Shown here: in pieces, positions 40,501 through 55,324 of the stretch
Layout of the letters: each line of letters begins with the position of its first letter
Position numbering within the stretch: the stretch's first letter is position 1
Assembly (NCBI GenBank): GCA_963751955.1
Contig: CAVVWM010000014.1
Span: 8,680 to 72,679, forward strand
Length of the DNA stretch: 64,000 bases
Direction: 5' to 3'
Source of the DNA: an uncultured Acidimicrobiales bacterium
GTDB taxonomy: Bacteria; Actinomycetota; Acidimicrobiia; Acidimicrobiales; SZUA-35
Made by a program: the position numbers and the translations under genes
Notes under the pieces: generated by a model
The model's database searches: none
Seen by the model: the letters and a program-made list of their open reading frames with translations, nothing else
What the model was told of the DNA's origin: nothing

Positions 40501-41103
40501 TTCGAGAACCTCAATCCCGAAGCGGCAAATGGGCAGCGTCTCATCGGCAACGATGGCAAAGCGACTCTCTTTGATGGTCGAAGCGGTCAGGTGTTCGACA
40601 ATCCCATAACCGTCGGAATCATGTACATCCTGAAACTCAGCCACCTGGTTGATGACAAGATCCATGCCCGCTCCACGGGCCCGTACTCAATGATCACCCA
40701 GCAGCCGCTCGGTGGTAAGGCACAGTTTGGTGGTCAGCGTTTCGGAGAGATGGAAGTGTGGGCCCTCGAGGCCTACGGAGCTGCCTACTGCCTGCAGGAG
40801 CTGCTCACCGTCAAGTCCGACGACGTGCTGGGTCGGGTCAAGGTCTACGAGGCCATTGTGAAGGGCGAGAACATTCCCGAGCCCGGCATTCCCGAGTCCT
40901 TCAAGGTGCTCATCAAAGAGATGCAAGCGCTGTGTCTCAACGTTGAGGTCCTGTCCAAGGACGGCAGCGAGATCGAGATGCGAGAGCTCGACGACGAACT
41001 CTTCAGAATTCCTGAAGAACTCGGAATCGACCTCTCCCGCCCCGAACGGGGATCCGACGAAGAAGACGCAGCCCGCGCAGCCGCTCGTGCGGCTCGCGCC
41101 TGA
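37507..41103 (+). CDS. rpoB: DNA-directed RNA polymerase subunit beta
   Basis: 1198 aa. TTG start immediately after an in-frame stop, with aggtgg upstream. Canonical motifs ([22 protein letters not shown]). Confidence 0.97.
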   Translation: MPARTVARDRYSFGKLEEALPLPDLISIQRDSFKFFLAEGLSNAFRDISPIRDFTETLHLELEFDPEDEDLKPIPKYSVEECREKDMTYAAPIFVRARFINANTGEIKEQTVFMGDFPMMTEKGTFIINGTERVVVSQLVRSPGVIFQPGERFRLRNLAKHQMVTGTIHPYRGEWIEFDVEHKTGKHPTAGVRVARKRRIPVFTILRALGLDEENAPGFLEAFVDHFDFLEGQWEKEAENAPTQEESLIEIYKRARPGEPQTAEAARSYLRNAFFETRRYDLSRVGRYKLNRKLGPEIEKLTEIFPMIAGLIERPEEDQAVLSPVEIVAACTYLLHLMQAEPGYRLDDQDHFANRRVRSVGELIQNQVRIGLSRMERVVRERMTTQDVEAITPQTLINIRPVVAAIKEFFGTSQLSQFMDQVNPLSGLTHRRRLSALGPGGLSRDRAGFEVRDVHFSHYGRMCPIETPEGPNIGLIGYLSSYARVNEFGFLETPYREVVNGRVTNEIRYMTADEEEEYVVAQANARVSADGTFLDDRVLVRRSPQAASLHDLKLQLERDIFFGATTEISSVPPADVQLMDVSPKQIVSIGTGLIPFLEHDDANRALMGANMQRQAVPLLTPEAPYIGTGIEGRAAIDAADTISAEEDGVVVEADGNELVLEYKTMGRVVHRLMKFRRSNQDSCINQKLRVSAGDRFKKGDLLSDGPSTDNGELALGKNLVVAFMPWEGYNFEDAIILNERLVKDDVLTSIHIHEHEIDARDTKLGPEEITRDIPNLSDDILADLDERGIIRVGADVGPGDVLVGKVTPKGETELTPEERLLRAIFGEKAREVRDTSLKVPHGETGKVIDVKVFHRDDSHELPPGVNQLVRVYVGQKRKISVGDKLAGRHGNKGVISRILPPEDMPYMADGTPVDIILNPLGVPSRMNVGQVLEAHLGYAARWGWNVGGERVGEEPLRNNVNKTRPFTTPSTLVATPVFDGAKWDETELSGDKPTIQSIFENLNPEAANGQRLIGNDGKATLFDGRSGQVFDNPITVGIMYILKLSHLVDDKIHARSTGPYSMITQQPLGGKAQFGGQRFGEMEVWALEAYGAAYCLQELLTVKSDDVLGRVKVYEAIVKGENIPEPGIPESFKVLIKEMQALCLNVEVLSKDGSEIEMRELDDELFRIPEELGIDLSRPERGSDEEDAARAAARAARA

Positions 41104-41211
41104 GCGAGGCGCAGCCGTGGCCTGAGCGGCCCGGCGAAGCCAAGAGCGGAAGGAAGCGCTCGCACAATGACGATGACAGTAGGAAGCACAAATCCGAGGG
41201 AACTCAACTAG

Positions 41212-45181
<3,970 letters not shown>

Positions 45182-45377
45182 GCCTTTCTCCATTGCTTCC
45201 ACTCGCCTGCGCGGCGGCAACGTGGCCGATTTGGACAACGACCCAATTGAGTCCATGAGTGGCATGCGAGGTACGAGCAAACCACTCTCGCTCCCGGGCG
45301 ACCCGAAGGGCCGGTTCGTCAAGCGAGGCGCGCCAGCGCCGAGTGAGAAGACGAACAGGAAGGCCCGTAGGCGAGCG

Positions 45378-45399
45378 TGGAGGGCCCCCGGAGGGAATT
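45378..45399. repeat. 22-bp element tggagggcccccggagggaatt (copy 1)
   Basis: Exact match to 46643..46664. It overlaps the stop codon of the aminotransferase gene. Confidence 0.9.
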
Positions 45400-46570
45400 A
45401 GCCGTAGGCGGTGATCAGGCGGTCGCCGGCTTCGGCCAGAAACGCATCGGACTTGGCGAAGCAGAAACGGATGTGGTCTTCACCCATGCGGTCGTCCTGG
45501 TAGAACACTGAACAGGGGACGGCGACGACGCCGGCCTCCTCGGGAAGTGCGAGACAGAACTCCACACTCTTCTTCGTGGTCACCGGGGAGATATCGGCGG
45601 TCACGAAGTAAGTGCCTTCGGGTTCGAGCACTCTGAAGCCTGCCTGATCGAGTTTGCCGCACAGGAGGTTCTTCTTGACCTCCATTTCGATGCTGATCGA
45701 ATCGAAATAGTCGTTCCCCAACCGAAGGCCGACCGCGACTGCCGGCTGGAACGGCGCACCGTTCACGTAGGTGAGGAACTGTTTTGCCGTGCGGATTGCA
45801 GCGAGAATGGGTGCTGGGCCGGTGGCCCAGCCCACCTTCCAGCCAGTGAAGCTGAAAGTCTTACCAGCCGATCCAATAGTGATGGTTCGCTCGAACATGC
45901 CGGGGATGCTGGCGATGGGGACGTGGGCGCCGGAGAACACCATGTGTTCATATACCTCGTCGACGATGGCGATCACGTTGTGTTCTTGACACAACTCGGC
46001 CAGCAGCTGGAGTTCGGAGGGGGTGAACACCTTGCCGGTCGGGTTGTGAGGCGTATTGAGAACCAAGAGGCGGGTCTTCGCTGAAAAGGCACGCCGCAAC
46101 TCGTCGTCGTCGAAACCGAAGGTGCCGTCCTCCAGAGGTCCAAGCGGTACGGCTTTCAGCACAGCCCCGGCCATGGCGATCCCAGCGCCGTAGCTGTCAT
46201 ATGTCGGGTCGAAAGCAACGACCTCGTCGCCGACCTCACACAGTCCCAGAAACGACGCTGCGAGCGCTTCGGTTGCGCCGGCGGTGATCAGAACCTCGTC
46301 GTTGGGATCGAGTTCGAAGTCGTAGAACCGCTTCTGGTGTTCGGCTACGGCTTTGCGGAGGTCCATAGTTCCAGGCCCGGGCGGGTACTGGTTGACGCCT
46401 GCGAAGATCGCGTCGATTGCGGCCTGTTTCACTTCGTCGGGGCCGTCGGAGTCGGGAAACCCCTGTCCCAGGTTGAGGGCGCCGGTCCGCGCCGCAAGAG
46501 CCGACATCTCCGAGAAGATGGTGGTTCCAAAGCCCTGTAATCGAGCGGCAAGGTAGGGCCGACGTGGCAT
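45398..46570 (-). CDS. Class I/II PLP-dependent aminotransferase (DapC/YbdL-like)
   Basis: MPRRPYLAARLQGFGTTIFSEMSALAARTGALNLGQGFPD.. and a SAGKTFSFTGWKVGW Lys motif. I chose ATG 46570 rather than the longer ORF start at 46705. Confidence 0.8.
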   Translation of the reverse strand: MPRRPYLAARLQGFGTTIFSEMSALAARTGALNLGQGFPDSDGPDEVKQAAIDAIFAGVNQYPPGPGTMDLRKAVAEHQKRFYDFELDPNDEVLITAGATEALAASFLGLCEVGDEVVAFDPTYDSYGAGIAMAGAVLKAVPLGPLEDGTFGFDDDELRRAFSAKTRLLVLNTPHNPTGKVFTPSELQLLAELCQEHNVIAIVDEVYEHMVFSGAHVPIASIPGMFERTITIGSAGKTFSFTGWKVGWATGPAPILAAIRTAKQFLTYVNGAPFQPAVAVGLRLGNDYFDSISIEMEVKKNLLCGKLDQAGFRVLEPEGTYFVTADISPVTTKKSVEFCLALPEEAGVVAVPCSVFYQDDRMGEDHIRFCFAKSDAFLAEAGDRLITAYG

Positions 46571-46642
46571 TGGCGTAAAGAGTAGGGGAGTGCGGCGTGG
46601 TCGTGTCAGATCAAGCACGGTCTCGCTCTGTGGTGGTGAGCA

Positions 46643-46687
46643 TGGAGGGCCCCCGGAGGGAATTGGTGGAGGACCCCCGAAGGAATT
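46643..46687. repeat. 22-bp element copy 2 plus an adjacent degenerate copy (tggaggacccccgaaggaatt)
   Basis: Read directly. Lies in the gap between the aminotransferase start and coxS. Confidence 0.9.
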
Positions 46688-46768
46688 GATTGTGTCATTG
46701 GTCATATGGCGATCGCTGTGAAAGACTCATCGTGTTACGGATGTCACCGACGAATTTGAAGGGGGATC

Positions 46769-47221
46769 ATGCAGATCCAAATGAATGTGAACGGGGCCGA
46801 TCGTTCAGCCGACGTTGAACCCCGCACGCTGCTCGTGCACTTCCTGAGGGAAGATCTTGGCCTGACCGGCACCAACGTGGGTTGCGACACCTCCTCGTGT
46901 GGGGCGTGCACGATTCACGTCAACGGTGAGTCGGTGAAATCCTGCACGATGCTGGCGGTGCAAGCCGATGGCCAATCGCTCACAACCATCGAGGGGCTCG
47001 CCTCAGGGGGCCAGATGCACCCCATGCAGCAGAGCTTCATGGAGAACCACGGCCTTCAGTGCGGCTACTGCACTCCGGGCATGGTCATGGCCAGCGTGTC
47101 ATTCCTCAAAGAGAATCCCAGTCCATCCGAAGCCGAGGTGCGAGAAGGGCTCGAGGGCAACCTCTGTCGTTGCACCGGCTACCACAACATCGTCAAGGCC
47201 GTTCTGGCCGCCGCGCAATAG
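46769..47221 (+). CDS. coxS: (2Fe-2S)-binding small subunit, CODH/xanthine dehydrogenase family
   Basis: 150 aa. [10 protein letters not shown] and [14 protein letters not shown] cysteine motifs. Confidence 0.9.
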   Translation: MQIQMNVNGADRSADVEPRTLLVHFLREDLGLTGTNVGCDTSSCGACTIHVNGESVKSCTMLAVQADGQSLTTIEGLASGGQMHPMQQSFMENHGLQCGYCTPGMVMASVSFLKENPSPSEAEVREGLEGNLCRCTGYHNIVKAVLAAAQ

Positions 47222-47230
47222 GAGAAGACC

Positions 47231-49599
47231 ATGACAGCAGTGATGGGAACACCCCGCCTCCGCAAAGAGGATCCAAAGCTCCTCACCGGTGAGGGCAAGT
47301 TCGTCGATGACATCCAGGTGACCGGTCAGTTGTGGATGGGCATGGTGAGATCACCGTTCGCCCACGCAAAGGTGAACGGCATCAACACCGAGGCGGCAAA
47401 GGCAATGCCCGGCGTGCACGCCGTTTACACCGGTGCCGAACTCATGGACATGGGCCTGTGGGTAGCCCCGCTTCCGTGCGCCTGGCCTGTGACACCAGAC
47501 ATGGTGAATCCCGAGCACTACCCGGTCGCTACCGGCGAGGTTCACCACGTGGGTGAGATCGTCGCTGTCGTACTTGCCGAGACCCGCTATCAGGCGGTCG
47601 ACGCGGTTGAGAAGGTCGAAGTCGACTACGACGAACTGACCGCCGTGGGAAGCATCAATGCGGCGATGGCCGACGCTGCCACCGCCCACAGTGACCACTC
47701 CACCAACAAGGCGTTCGCATGGGCCCTGGAACCCAACCCCGACGGAGTCAACGCAGCGTTTGCCAACGCAGCCCACACTGTCACCGGCGAATTCGTTCAG
47801 CAGCGCCTGATCCCATGTGCGATGGAACCCCGAGGTGTACTGGCGATCCCGTCTCCCGCCGGCGGGGAGGTCACCCTCTACAGCGCCACCCAGGTGCCCC
47901 ACATCCTCAAGGTGATGATGGCGGCCACAACCGGGATCAGCGAGGCCAAGATCCGAGTGATCGCTCCCGCAGTTGGTGGCGGTTTCGGCGCCAAGCTCAA
48001 CGTCAATCCCGATGAATCATTGGCGCTCACGCTCGCCAACAAACTCGGCCGCCCGGTTCGCTGGACCGAAACTCGGACCGAGGCCGCTTTTCCACCCACC
48101 AGGGTCGGGCCCAGCAACAGAAGATCGAGGTGGCCGCCGATGGCGACGGCAAGATCACCGGTGTCCGGGTGCACCTCGACGCCGACATGGGCGCCTACAT
48201 GATGCTGATCACACCAGGTGTGCCGCTGCTCGGTAGCTTCCTGTACACCGGGGTCTACGACGTTCCCGCCTTCGGCTTCACCTGCGACGGTTGGTTCACC
48301 AACCTCACACCCACCGATGCCTATCGAGGAGCCGGCCGACCCGAGGCTTCCTACGCAATCGAGCGGGCGATGGACATGCTCGCCGGGAAGGTGGGGGTCA
48401 CCCCCGAAGAGATTCGCCGCCGGAACTACCTCGCTGGGGGAGATGCCTTCGAGAACCTCGAGGTTGCGTCCACGCTGGTGTTCGACAGCGGCAACTACAA
48501 CCCGAATCTCGATATGGCGCTCGACATGGCCAAGCTCAGCGATCTCCGAGCCGAGCAGCAGCGCCGCCGCGATGCAGGTGAGACCAAACAACTCGGCATC
48601 GGCCTCTGCACTTATGTGGAAATCTGCGGTCTGGCACCCAGCCGTGCGCTCGCCGGCCTTGCCTATGGCGCCGGTGGCTGGGAGGCAGGCACGGTTCGCA
48701 TGCTCCCCACCGGCAAAGTGGAGGTCGTCACCGGCTCCACCCCCCATGGTCAAGGCCATGAAACCTCATGGTCGATGATCGTGGCCGACAAGCTGGGCGT
48801 CGATCCCGACGATGTCGAGGTCCTGCACTCCGACACTGCGATCAGTCCGCTGGGGCTTGACACCTACGGCTCACGTTCGCTGGCCGTGGGTGGCGTGGCG
48901 ATCTCGATGGCCTGTGACAAGGTGATCGACAAGGCACGACTCATCGCAGCCCACCAATTGGAAGCGAACCCCGACGACCTCGAGTTCGAGAACGGTCGAT
49001 TCGGGGTGAAGGGGTCGCCCGACAAGGGGCTCCTCATCCAGGAGGTCGCCTACGGGGCCTTCACCGCCCACAATCTCCCCGATGGCATGGAGCCGAACAT
49101 CAACGAGCAGATGGTGTTCGACCCGCCGAACTTCGCCTTCCCGTTCGGCACCCACGTGGCGGTTGTCGAGGTCGATGAAACCACCGGCGAAACCAGACTT
49201 ATCGACTACATAGCGGTTGACGACTGCGGAAATCAGGTGAACCCGCTCATCGTTGAGGGACAGGTGCATGGAGGCATCGTCCAGGGCGTAGCCCAGGCGC
49301 TGTGGGAGGGTGCGGTGTATGACGAAGATGGGCAATGCAAGAACCCGTCGTTCCTTGATTATCTGGTGCCTTCTCCCACCGAGGTGCCATCGATCCAGAC
49401 CGGCTACACCTACACACCGAGCACCTCGAACCCCATGGGTGTGAAGGGAGTCGGCGAGGCCGGCACCATCGGGTCCGCAGCGGCGGTCATCAACGGCATC
49501 TGCGATGCTCTCAGCCCTCACGGCATCACCGATATCAAGATGCCGGCCAGTCCCATGAGGGTCTGGAAAGCCATCCAAGACGCAAAGGCAGGTCAGTAA
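47231..49599 (+). CDS. coxL: Molybdopterin-binding large subunit, form-II CODH-like (frame break near 48085)
   Basis: ORFs 47231..48202 and 48130..49599 join at ..RWTETRTE/..FSTHQGRAQQQKIEVAADGDGKI. The active-site loop reads AYRGAGR (form II) rather than AYRCSFR. About 789 codons. Confidence 0.85.
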
Positions 49600-49600
49600 A

Positions 49601-50431
49601 GTGATTCCTTCGAGCTTCGACTACGTAGCGGTTGATTCCGCCGATGCCGCCATTGCGGCCCTCACCCAACACGGCGATGAGGCCAAACTCATGGCCGGCG
49701 GGCACAGCCTGATCCCCCTGATGAAGTTTCGTCTTGCCAACCCGACGGTCGTTATCGACATCGGCAACGTGCAGGATCTGAGCTACATCCGTGACGCTGG
49801 CGATCATGTGGCGATTGGTGCTCTCACCCGTCATATGGCCGTTGAGACCAACGACCTGCTGAAAGCCGACATTCCCCTCTTGGCTCATGTTGCGGCTCAA
49901 GTCGGTGATCCATCGGTGCGCCATCGAGGAACGATCGGTGGATCTTTGGCCCATGCCGATGCGGCCTCGGATCTTCCCGCAGCTCTCCTTGCTTTGGGCG
50001 GCTCGGTGATTGTCCGAGGTCCAAACGGCGAACGAGAGGTGAAGGCTGATGATCTCTTCACGGGCTTCCTCGAGAACTCGCTGGCTGATGACGAGATGAT
50101 CACCGAGGTTCGGGTTCCGAAGGCAACCGGTGCCGGCTGGAGTTACCAGAAGTTCAACCGTCGGGCCCAGGACTGGGCAATCGTCGGTGTCGCCGCCGTC
50201 CTCAACGGTTCACCCGGAGTTTCTCTGGTGAACATGGGCGCTACGCCGATGCGAGCCGCCGCAGTGGAAGACGCTCTGAACTCCGGGGCCTCTCATTCGG
50301 ATGCGGCTCAGAAAGCAGCCGACGGTGGCACTCCGCCAGAGGACTTGAACGGCGATGCCGAATACCGCACTCACCTCGCCAAGGTTTTGGTAGAGCGCGC
50401 CCTCACCGAGGCTGCGGGCCGCAAGGCCTGA
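49601..50431 (+). CDS. coxM: FAD-binding medium subunit, CODH/xanthine dehydrogenase family
   Basis: 276 aa. MAGGHSLIPLMKFRLA motif. GTG start 1 nt after the coxL stop. Confidence 0.88.
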   Translation: MIPSSFDYVAVDSADAAIAALTQHGDEAKLMAGGHSLIPLMKFRLANPTVVIDIGNVQDLSYIRDAGDHVAIGALTRHMAVETNDLLKADIPLLAHVAAQVGDPSVRHRGTIGGSLAHADAASDLPAALLALGGSVIVRGPNGEREVKADDLFTGFLENSLADDEMITEVRVPKATGAGWSYQKFNRRAQDWAIVGVAAVLNGSPGVSLVNMGATPMRAAAVEDALNSGASHSDAAQKAADGGTPPEDLNGDAEYRTHLAKVLVERALTEAAGRKA

Positions 50432-50451
50432 CGTACACCACAAGAAACATC

Positions 50452-50489
50452 GGGTTTGATCCCCTCTCGACTGGGAGGGGATCAAACCC
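50452..50489 (+). terminator. Strong hairpin after coxM (15-bp stem, 8-nt loop)
   Basis: gggtttgatcccctc / gaggggatcaaaccc is a perfect inverted repeat. No clean U-tract follows. Confidence 0.5.
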
Positions 50490-50509
50490 CACTTGGTTTT
50501 GGAGCAACG

Positions 50510-51313
50510 ATGCCGGTCTATGAAGCCGATGAGGTTCGAATCAACTATGAGGTATCTGGTAATGGTCCGCCGGTCTTGCTCATCGCGCCGGGCGGTCTCG
50601 ACTCGAACATCTCCAAGTGGGCGATTTCGCCGTGGCACCCGGTCGAAAGGCTGCAATCGCAGTTCACCGTAGTCGCCATGGACCAGCGAAATTCCGGTGG
50701 GAGTTTCGCCCCTGTCGGACCTGAGCAGGGGTGGAACGATCATCTCGCCGACCAATTGGGGTTACTCGATCACCTTGGCATCGAACGTTGTCACATGCTG
50801 GGCATGTGCATCGGTGGGCCTTACATCGCCAATGCCATGAAGCGTGCCCCCGAGCGTGTAGCGAGCGCAGTTCTACTGCAACCGGTTGGAATCAACGATG
50901 GCAACCGGAGAGATTTTCATGAAATTTCCAACGCCTTTGTTCAGGGACTCGCTGCATCGACACACCCGGACGTGCCGTCACAAACCTGGCAGTCGTACCT
51001 GGACAACATGTGGGGCGGCGAGTTCCTTCTCACCGCATCGGACGACGACGTCGCCGCCATGCTGACGCCGATGTTGATCTTCATGGGTGACGACAACTAT
51101 CACCCGCAGTGGACATCTCGCCGCATCGCCAAACTCGCACCCAATGCAGAACTGGTCGAACAGTGGAAGGATCCAGCTCTAATCTCTCAGGTGCATGATC
51201 AGATTGTCGGTTTTCTCGTCCAGCCACCGCGTCTAGGGGCCTCGAGCTGTTGTGGTTGTCGTCGTGATCAACTGGGGATGCATGAAGATTGGAGCGGACC
51301 GATCGGTGGTTGA
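50510..51313 (+). CDS. Alpha/beta-fold hydrolase with a Cys at the nucleophile elbow
   Basis: MPVYEADEVRINYEVSGNGPPVLLIAPGG... The elbow reads G-M-C-I-G-G (GxCxG) instead of GxSxG. ggag lies upstream of ATG 50510. Confidence 0.7.
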   Translation: MPVYEADEVRINYEVSGNGPPVLLIAPGGLDSNISKWAISPWHPVERLQSQFTVVAMDQRNSGGSFAPVGPEQGWNDHLADQLGLLDHLGIERCHMLGMCIGGPYIANAMKRAPERVASAVLLQPVGINDGNRRDFHEISNAFVQGLAASTHPDVPSQTWQSYLDNMWGGEFLLTASDDDVAAMLTPMLIFMGDDNYHPQWTSRRIAKLAPNAELVEQWKDPALISQVHDQIVGFLVQPPRLGASSCCGCRRDQLGMHEDWSGPIGG

Positions 51314-51975
51314 CCGGTCAGTTTCTGGAACATGAGGTAGCGATCTTCGCATGTCATGTGCTCCAGGACTGGCCGATCCAGCTGATCGAGAAGCCCCCAA
51401 GTGATGATCATCGCTACCCGTTCCTCGTGGCGGTCATGTGCAGGCACGTTGCCGTTGTCGTACACGCCACCCACGATGGCGGAATAATCAGGCCACGTCG
51501 TACCCTCACCCCGCGACCAATGCCAGATATGGGCCAGTTCGTGAAGGATCACCAGCTTCTGATCATCTAGTGCAGCCGAAGTTTCGATCTCCTCGGGTCC
51601 GCACACATAGAGGGCTGGAATGTCTTGGTCCGGGCGACACTCCCCCACCTCTCCGTGGCACATCGACCGAGCTTCATCGAAGATCGCTTCGATCTTGGGG
51701 GGCAGCTTCAAACCGGCTGCGTCGAAACGAGCCAGAGACCAATCGACTGCTTCTCGCTGATCTTGGGTCAGCCGGTTCGTGGAAAGCACGATCCCTGCGA
51801 CAGCATCGACCCGCCGACCGGTGACCTCAACCTCTGCGGCGGCGACCAATCCATCGGTTTCGCAGTCGATTTCGATTGTCGTCTCAACGCCAGGTGCCGC
51901 GACGGTCTGGCCGCTGCCGCCGGAACAGGCGGCCAGCAGACTCACTGCAAGAATTGTGCTTACGAGCCGTGCCAT
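51268..51975 (-). CDS. Lipoprotein with HExxH zinc-metallopeptidase motif
   Basis: Lipobox LLAAC|SGG after MARLVSTILAVS, and an LHELAHIWH motif. Confidence 0.6.
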   Translation of the reverse strand: MARLVSTILAVSLLAACSGGSGQTVAAPGVETTIEIDCETDGLVAAAEVEVTGRRVDAVAGIVLSTNRLTQDQREAVDWSLARFDAAGLKLPPKIEAIFDEARSMCHGEVGECRPDQDIPALYVCGPEEIETSAALDDQKLVILHELAHIWHWSRGEGTTWPDYSAIVGGVYDNGNVPAHDRHEERVAMIITWGLLDQLDRPVLEHMTCEDRYLMFQKLTGQPPIGPLQSSCIPS

Positions 51976-52053
51976 GATTCAAGGTACGGCAAGGGCTGTT
52001 TGTGGGGTAGAGGCCTTGGTCTCGCAAAACGTTGTTTGGTTTCGGCTCCGGGA

Positions 52054-53563
52054 TCAGCTGGGCAGGTAGGGGTTGGAGCGGACTAACTCGGCGCCGAGTG
52101 CCACATAGAAGACCACATCGGCTCGGTCACCCTTGGCCAGGTCGGGGTTGAGCCCGCTGGCGTTGGTTCCCTTCAGGATGTCGAGCCAGTAGGCGTATCC
52201 GCTGGGGTCTGACCCCCGGCCGAGGACGTTCTCGTAGACCCGGGTGAGGAACGCTTCGTCGCTGGGCGCATTCTGGTAGAAGTTCTGGAACTCCGCAGAA
52301 CTTGTGGTGAAGAACCGCGCAATCTCGATGTTCTGGTAGGTCTTGCCGTCGACCTCGCCTTTGCTCACACCGATCCAGTACTTGCCACCGGCCACGTCGG
52401 GGACACGGTTGAAGAACGCGTTGTACAGTCGCAGAATCTCAGGGTCGGTACCGGGTCGGTAGTCCTCGGCGTTGATGATCTGGCTGAGCGTCGTCGCCTC
52501 GGCCACCGGACCAGGTTCGACCTCGCTTGCCTTGTCAACCAGGCTGAGACAGGCCGAAGGAGTCATCTCCCGGGTTTGGAGCTGGCCCGGGACCCGGTCG
52601 GTTGGCCCGCCTTCGAGGCCCATGACCACGATGCCGTAGTCCTTGACGGCGTTCGGGTCGACGCCGGGGATGATGAGTGATCCAGAGACGTTGAGGCTGT
52701 CACTGCCGGAGATAGGGCTCCGCGGGTACACCTCTACCAGCTCGACTTGTGTGGTAGCGGCCGCAGTGGGTCGGCCGAAGTTGGTGAAGGCGGCAACTGT
52801 GTTGGTAAGGGCGTTGGCGATGGTGCCATCGCACGCGTCAGTGCTGCGCAGTTGAATCACGTGGTTCTGAAGGCCACCGCCGGGAGCGCTGATCAGGTCC
52901 TCGCCTCGAAGCGTGAAGTTATAGGTGAGAAGGGAGCCGGTCAGGTTCACCTGGCCAGAGACCCGTACGTCGCTGCCGTTGATCACCTGTGGGTTTGCAC
53001 CACCAACACGGGCCAGCGGGAAGCTTCGGCTGGTGGGGTTGGGAAGTGCGTTGGCGGATCCACCGAGTTCGGCGCAGGCGACAATCTGCCCACCGATGGT
53101 CGTGACCACGATTGCCGGCTCGCCGTTGTTAACTTCAGCGACCCGAACGCCGGTGAAGCTGGCCATCTCGTCATAGGTCCAGCGCAGGACGCCCTCGACG
53201 CCGGAACTGAATTGTGTTGCCGCCAACCAGGAACTCGCTGGTGTCGGCGGTGAAGGGCGCAAGGGATGCCGGGTTGCCCGAACATGTGGTCGGCGTGGTG
53301 TTTCCATCCTCGGGTCCGGCGATACGGACCTTGTAGTCCGTGTTAGGCGTTAACCCACTGATTTCCACCGAGAGGGTTGGACCCGATCCCGAGGTGGGCG
53401 CCGCGAGGTAGCCAACGCCATTGGCTGACGCTCCGCTGTAGCCTTCGAACTCGAGTTCATAGAGGTTGGCCGACAGCGGAACCGGATCGACCGCCGCTGC
53501 CGGGGCGACCACGCCCAAGATCATGCTCAGTCCGAGCCCTATCGCCACCGATGTCTTCTTCAT
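52054..53563 (-). CDS. Secreted protein with C-terminal DUF4214 module (frame break near 53220)
   Basis: Signal peptide MKKTSVAIGLGLSMILGVVAPAAA. ORFs 53171..53563 and 52054..53307 join at ..FTADTSEFLV/AATQFSSGVEG... The C-terminus reads ILRLYNAFFNRVPDVAGGKYW..SGYAYWLDIL. Confidence 0.7.
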
Positions 53564-53739
53564 TATTCCTCGATTTGTGAGTTGTGCGCCGACAGCTGAA
53601 GCTACTGCCTCAAAACCTCAGCGGGATGTCGGATTCTGAGGGAGGGAACAATTGCCCGGCGGCTACTCCCGAGACGGACTGGATCCGGGATAACTCGCAC
53701 CGTGCGGGTCTGGGAAGCGCTGCCGATTACGCTGGTGCG

Positions 53740-54651
53740 ATGCCGCTAGCGGAGAGTGTTGAAGAGGTCGAGCGAGCGCTGGCTGAACACGAATACTTGG
53801 CCGATATTGGACTAGCTACGAGCATCTATCTGGCGCTCACCCTGGAACGTCCCCTCTTTCTTGAAGGTGAGGCTGGGGTGGGCAAGACCGAGGTGGCGAA
53901 GGTGCTCAGTCGCTGGACCGGTGGTCGGCTCATCCGATTGCAGTGCCACGACGGGATCGACGCTTCTCAGGCGGTTTACGAATGGGATTACGCACGCCAA
54001 CTCCTACACCTCCGCACGGCCGAAGCAACGGGGCGGGCGGCGACGGGTGATGTCGAAGAACTGGAAAACGAGCTGTACAACCCACGGTTCCTGATCCGCC
54101 GACCTCTGCTTGAAGCGCTGAGCCCCACCGAAGGTCCGCGCCCGGTGCTACTCATCGATGAGATCGATCGAGCCGACGACGAATTCGAAGCGTTCCTGCT
54201 CGAAGCTCTCAGCGACTACACGATCACGATCCCCGAGATCGGAACCATCCACGCCGAGAGGCCGCCTATCGTCATCCTCACTTCCAATCGGACCCGTGAT
54301 GTGCACGACGCATTGAAACGACGCTGCCTCTACCACTGGGTAGAGCATCCAACGTTCGAGCGAGAGGTCGAGATCGTCAAAATGAGAGCTCCGGGCGTAA
54401 GTGATGCACTGGCCCGCCAGGTTTCAGCGATGACAGAGGCGATGCGAGGATTCGGGTTGTACAAACCGCCAGGGATTGCCGAGACGATCGACTGGAGTCT
54501 TTCACTTGCAGCTCTTGGTCGTATGGAACTTGACGACGACACGGTGAGTGCCACCTTGGGAACAGTGCTCAAATACCGTGAAGATCAGGCGAAACTGCAT
54601 CAACAGGGTGTGCACGAGATGGTGAAGAACGCCCTCTTCAAGGCCAAGTAG
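53740..54651 (+). CDS. MoxR-type AAA+ ATPase (CoxD-like)
   Basis: Walker A GEAGVGKTE, Walker B VLLIDEIDRA, LIRLQCHDGID. I chose ATG 53740 (303 aa) over the ORF start at 53584. Confidence 0.85.
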   Translation: MPLAESVEEVERALAEHEYLADIGLATSIYLALTLERPLFLEGEAGVGKTEVAKVLSRWTGGRLIRLQCHDGIDASQAVYEWDYARQLLHLRTAEATGRAATGDVEELENELYNPRFLIRRPLLEALSPTEGPRPVLLIDEIDRADDEFEAFLLEALSDYTITIPEIGTIHAERPPIVILTSNRTRDVHDALKRRCLYHWVEHPTFEREVEIVKMRAPGVSDALARQVSAMTEAMRGFGLYKPPGIAETIDWSLSLAALGRMELDDDTVSATLGTVLKYREDQAKLHQQGVHEMVKNALFKAK

Positions 54652-54766
54652 CGAGCGAAGCGAAATGGTGCCAGCCCGGCGCTGAAGGACAGATGGTCGA
54701 CCCGGTATCTGTCCGGATGGGTCGCCCGTCCCTGCTCATCGAGTTCGGGGCGGGCATCATTGGTGG

Positions 54767-55324
54767 ATGCGAAGAGACAGCATCGAGGGAGTCATCGCGT
54801 TCACACCCGAGCGATTTGGCGATGACCGCGGCTACTTCGCCGAGGTGTACAGCAAGCGGGTCTGGACCGACCTGGGACTCAGTGTCGACTTCGTTCAGGA
54901 CAACGAAAGCCTGTCGGCAAAGACGGGCACCATACGCGGGATGCACTTCCAAGTAAGCCCATCGGAGCAGGGCAAACTGATCCGCTGCCAAAAAGGCGCC
55001 ATCCTCGATGTCGCAGTCGATATCCGCGACGGATCCCCCACGTTCGGAGATCATGTCGCAATCCGCCTCGATCCCGATCAGGGCGCTCAACTGTGGGTGC
55101 CACCCGGGTTTGCACACGGGTTTTGCACATTGGAACCCAACACAATGATTGCCTACAAGGTTACCTGCTACTACGACCCCGATGCCGATCGGGGAGTCCG
55201 ATGGGACGATCCCGCATTTGAAATCGATTGGCCTGTCAACTCTGCCGATGCGCTGCTGTCGGCCAAGGACAGGGCGGCTCCGACGCTGCACGAATTTGGA
55301 ACGACCGCAGGACTGTTCTCTTGA
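54767..55324 (+). CDS. rmlC: dTDP-4-dehydrorhamnose 3,5-epimerase
   Basis: FGDDRGYFAEVY..IRGMHFQ..QGKLIRCQKGAILDVAVDIR..WVPPGFAHGF, 185 aa. Confidence 0.9.
   Translation: MRRDSIEGVIAFTPERFGDDRGYFAEVYSKRVWTDLGLSVDFVQDNESLSAKTGTIRGMHFQVSPSEQGKLIRCQKGAILDVAVDIRDGSPTFGDHVAIRLDPDQGAQLWVPPGFAHGFCTLEPNTMIAYKVTCYYDPDADRGVRWDDPAFEIDWPVNSADALLSAKDRAAPTLHEFGTTAGLFS

Noticed and set aside
39133-40665. 510-aa minus-strand ORF
   Set aside because: It is antisense to the conserved core of rpoB and is an open frame only because of GC-rich codon bias.
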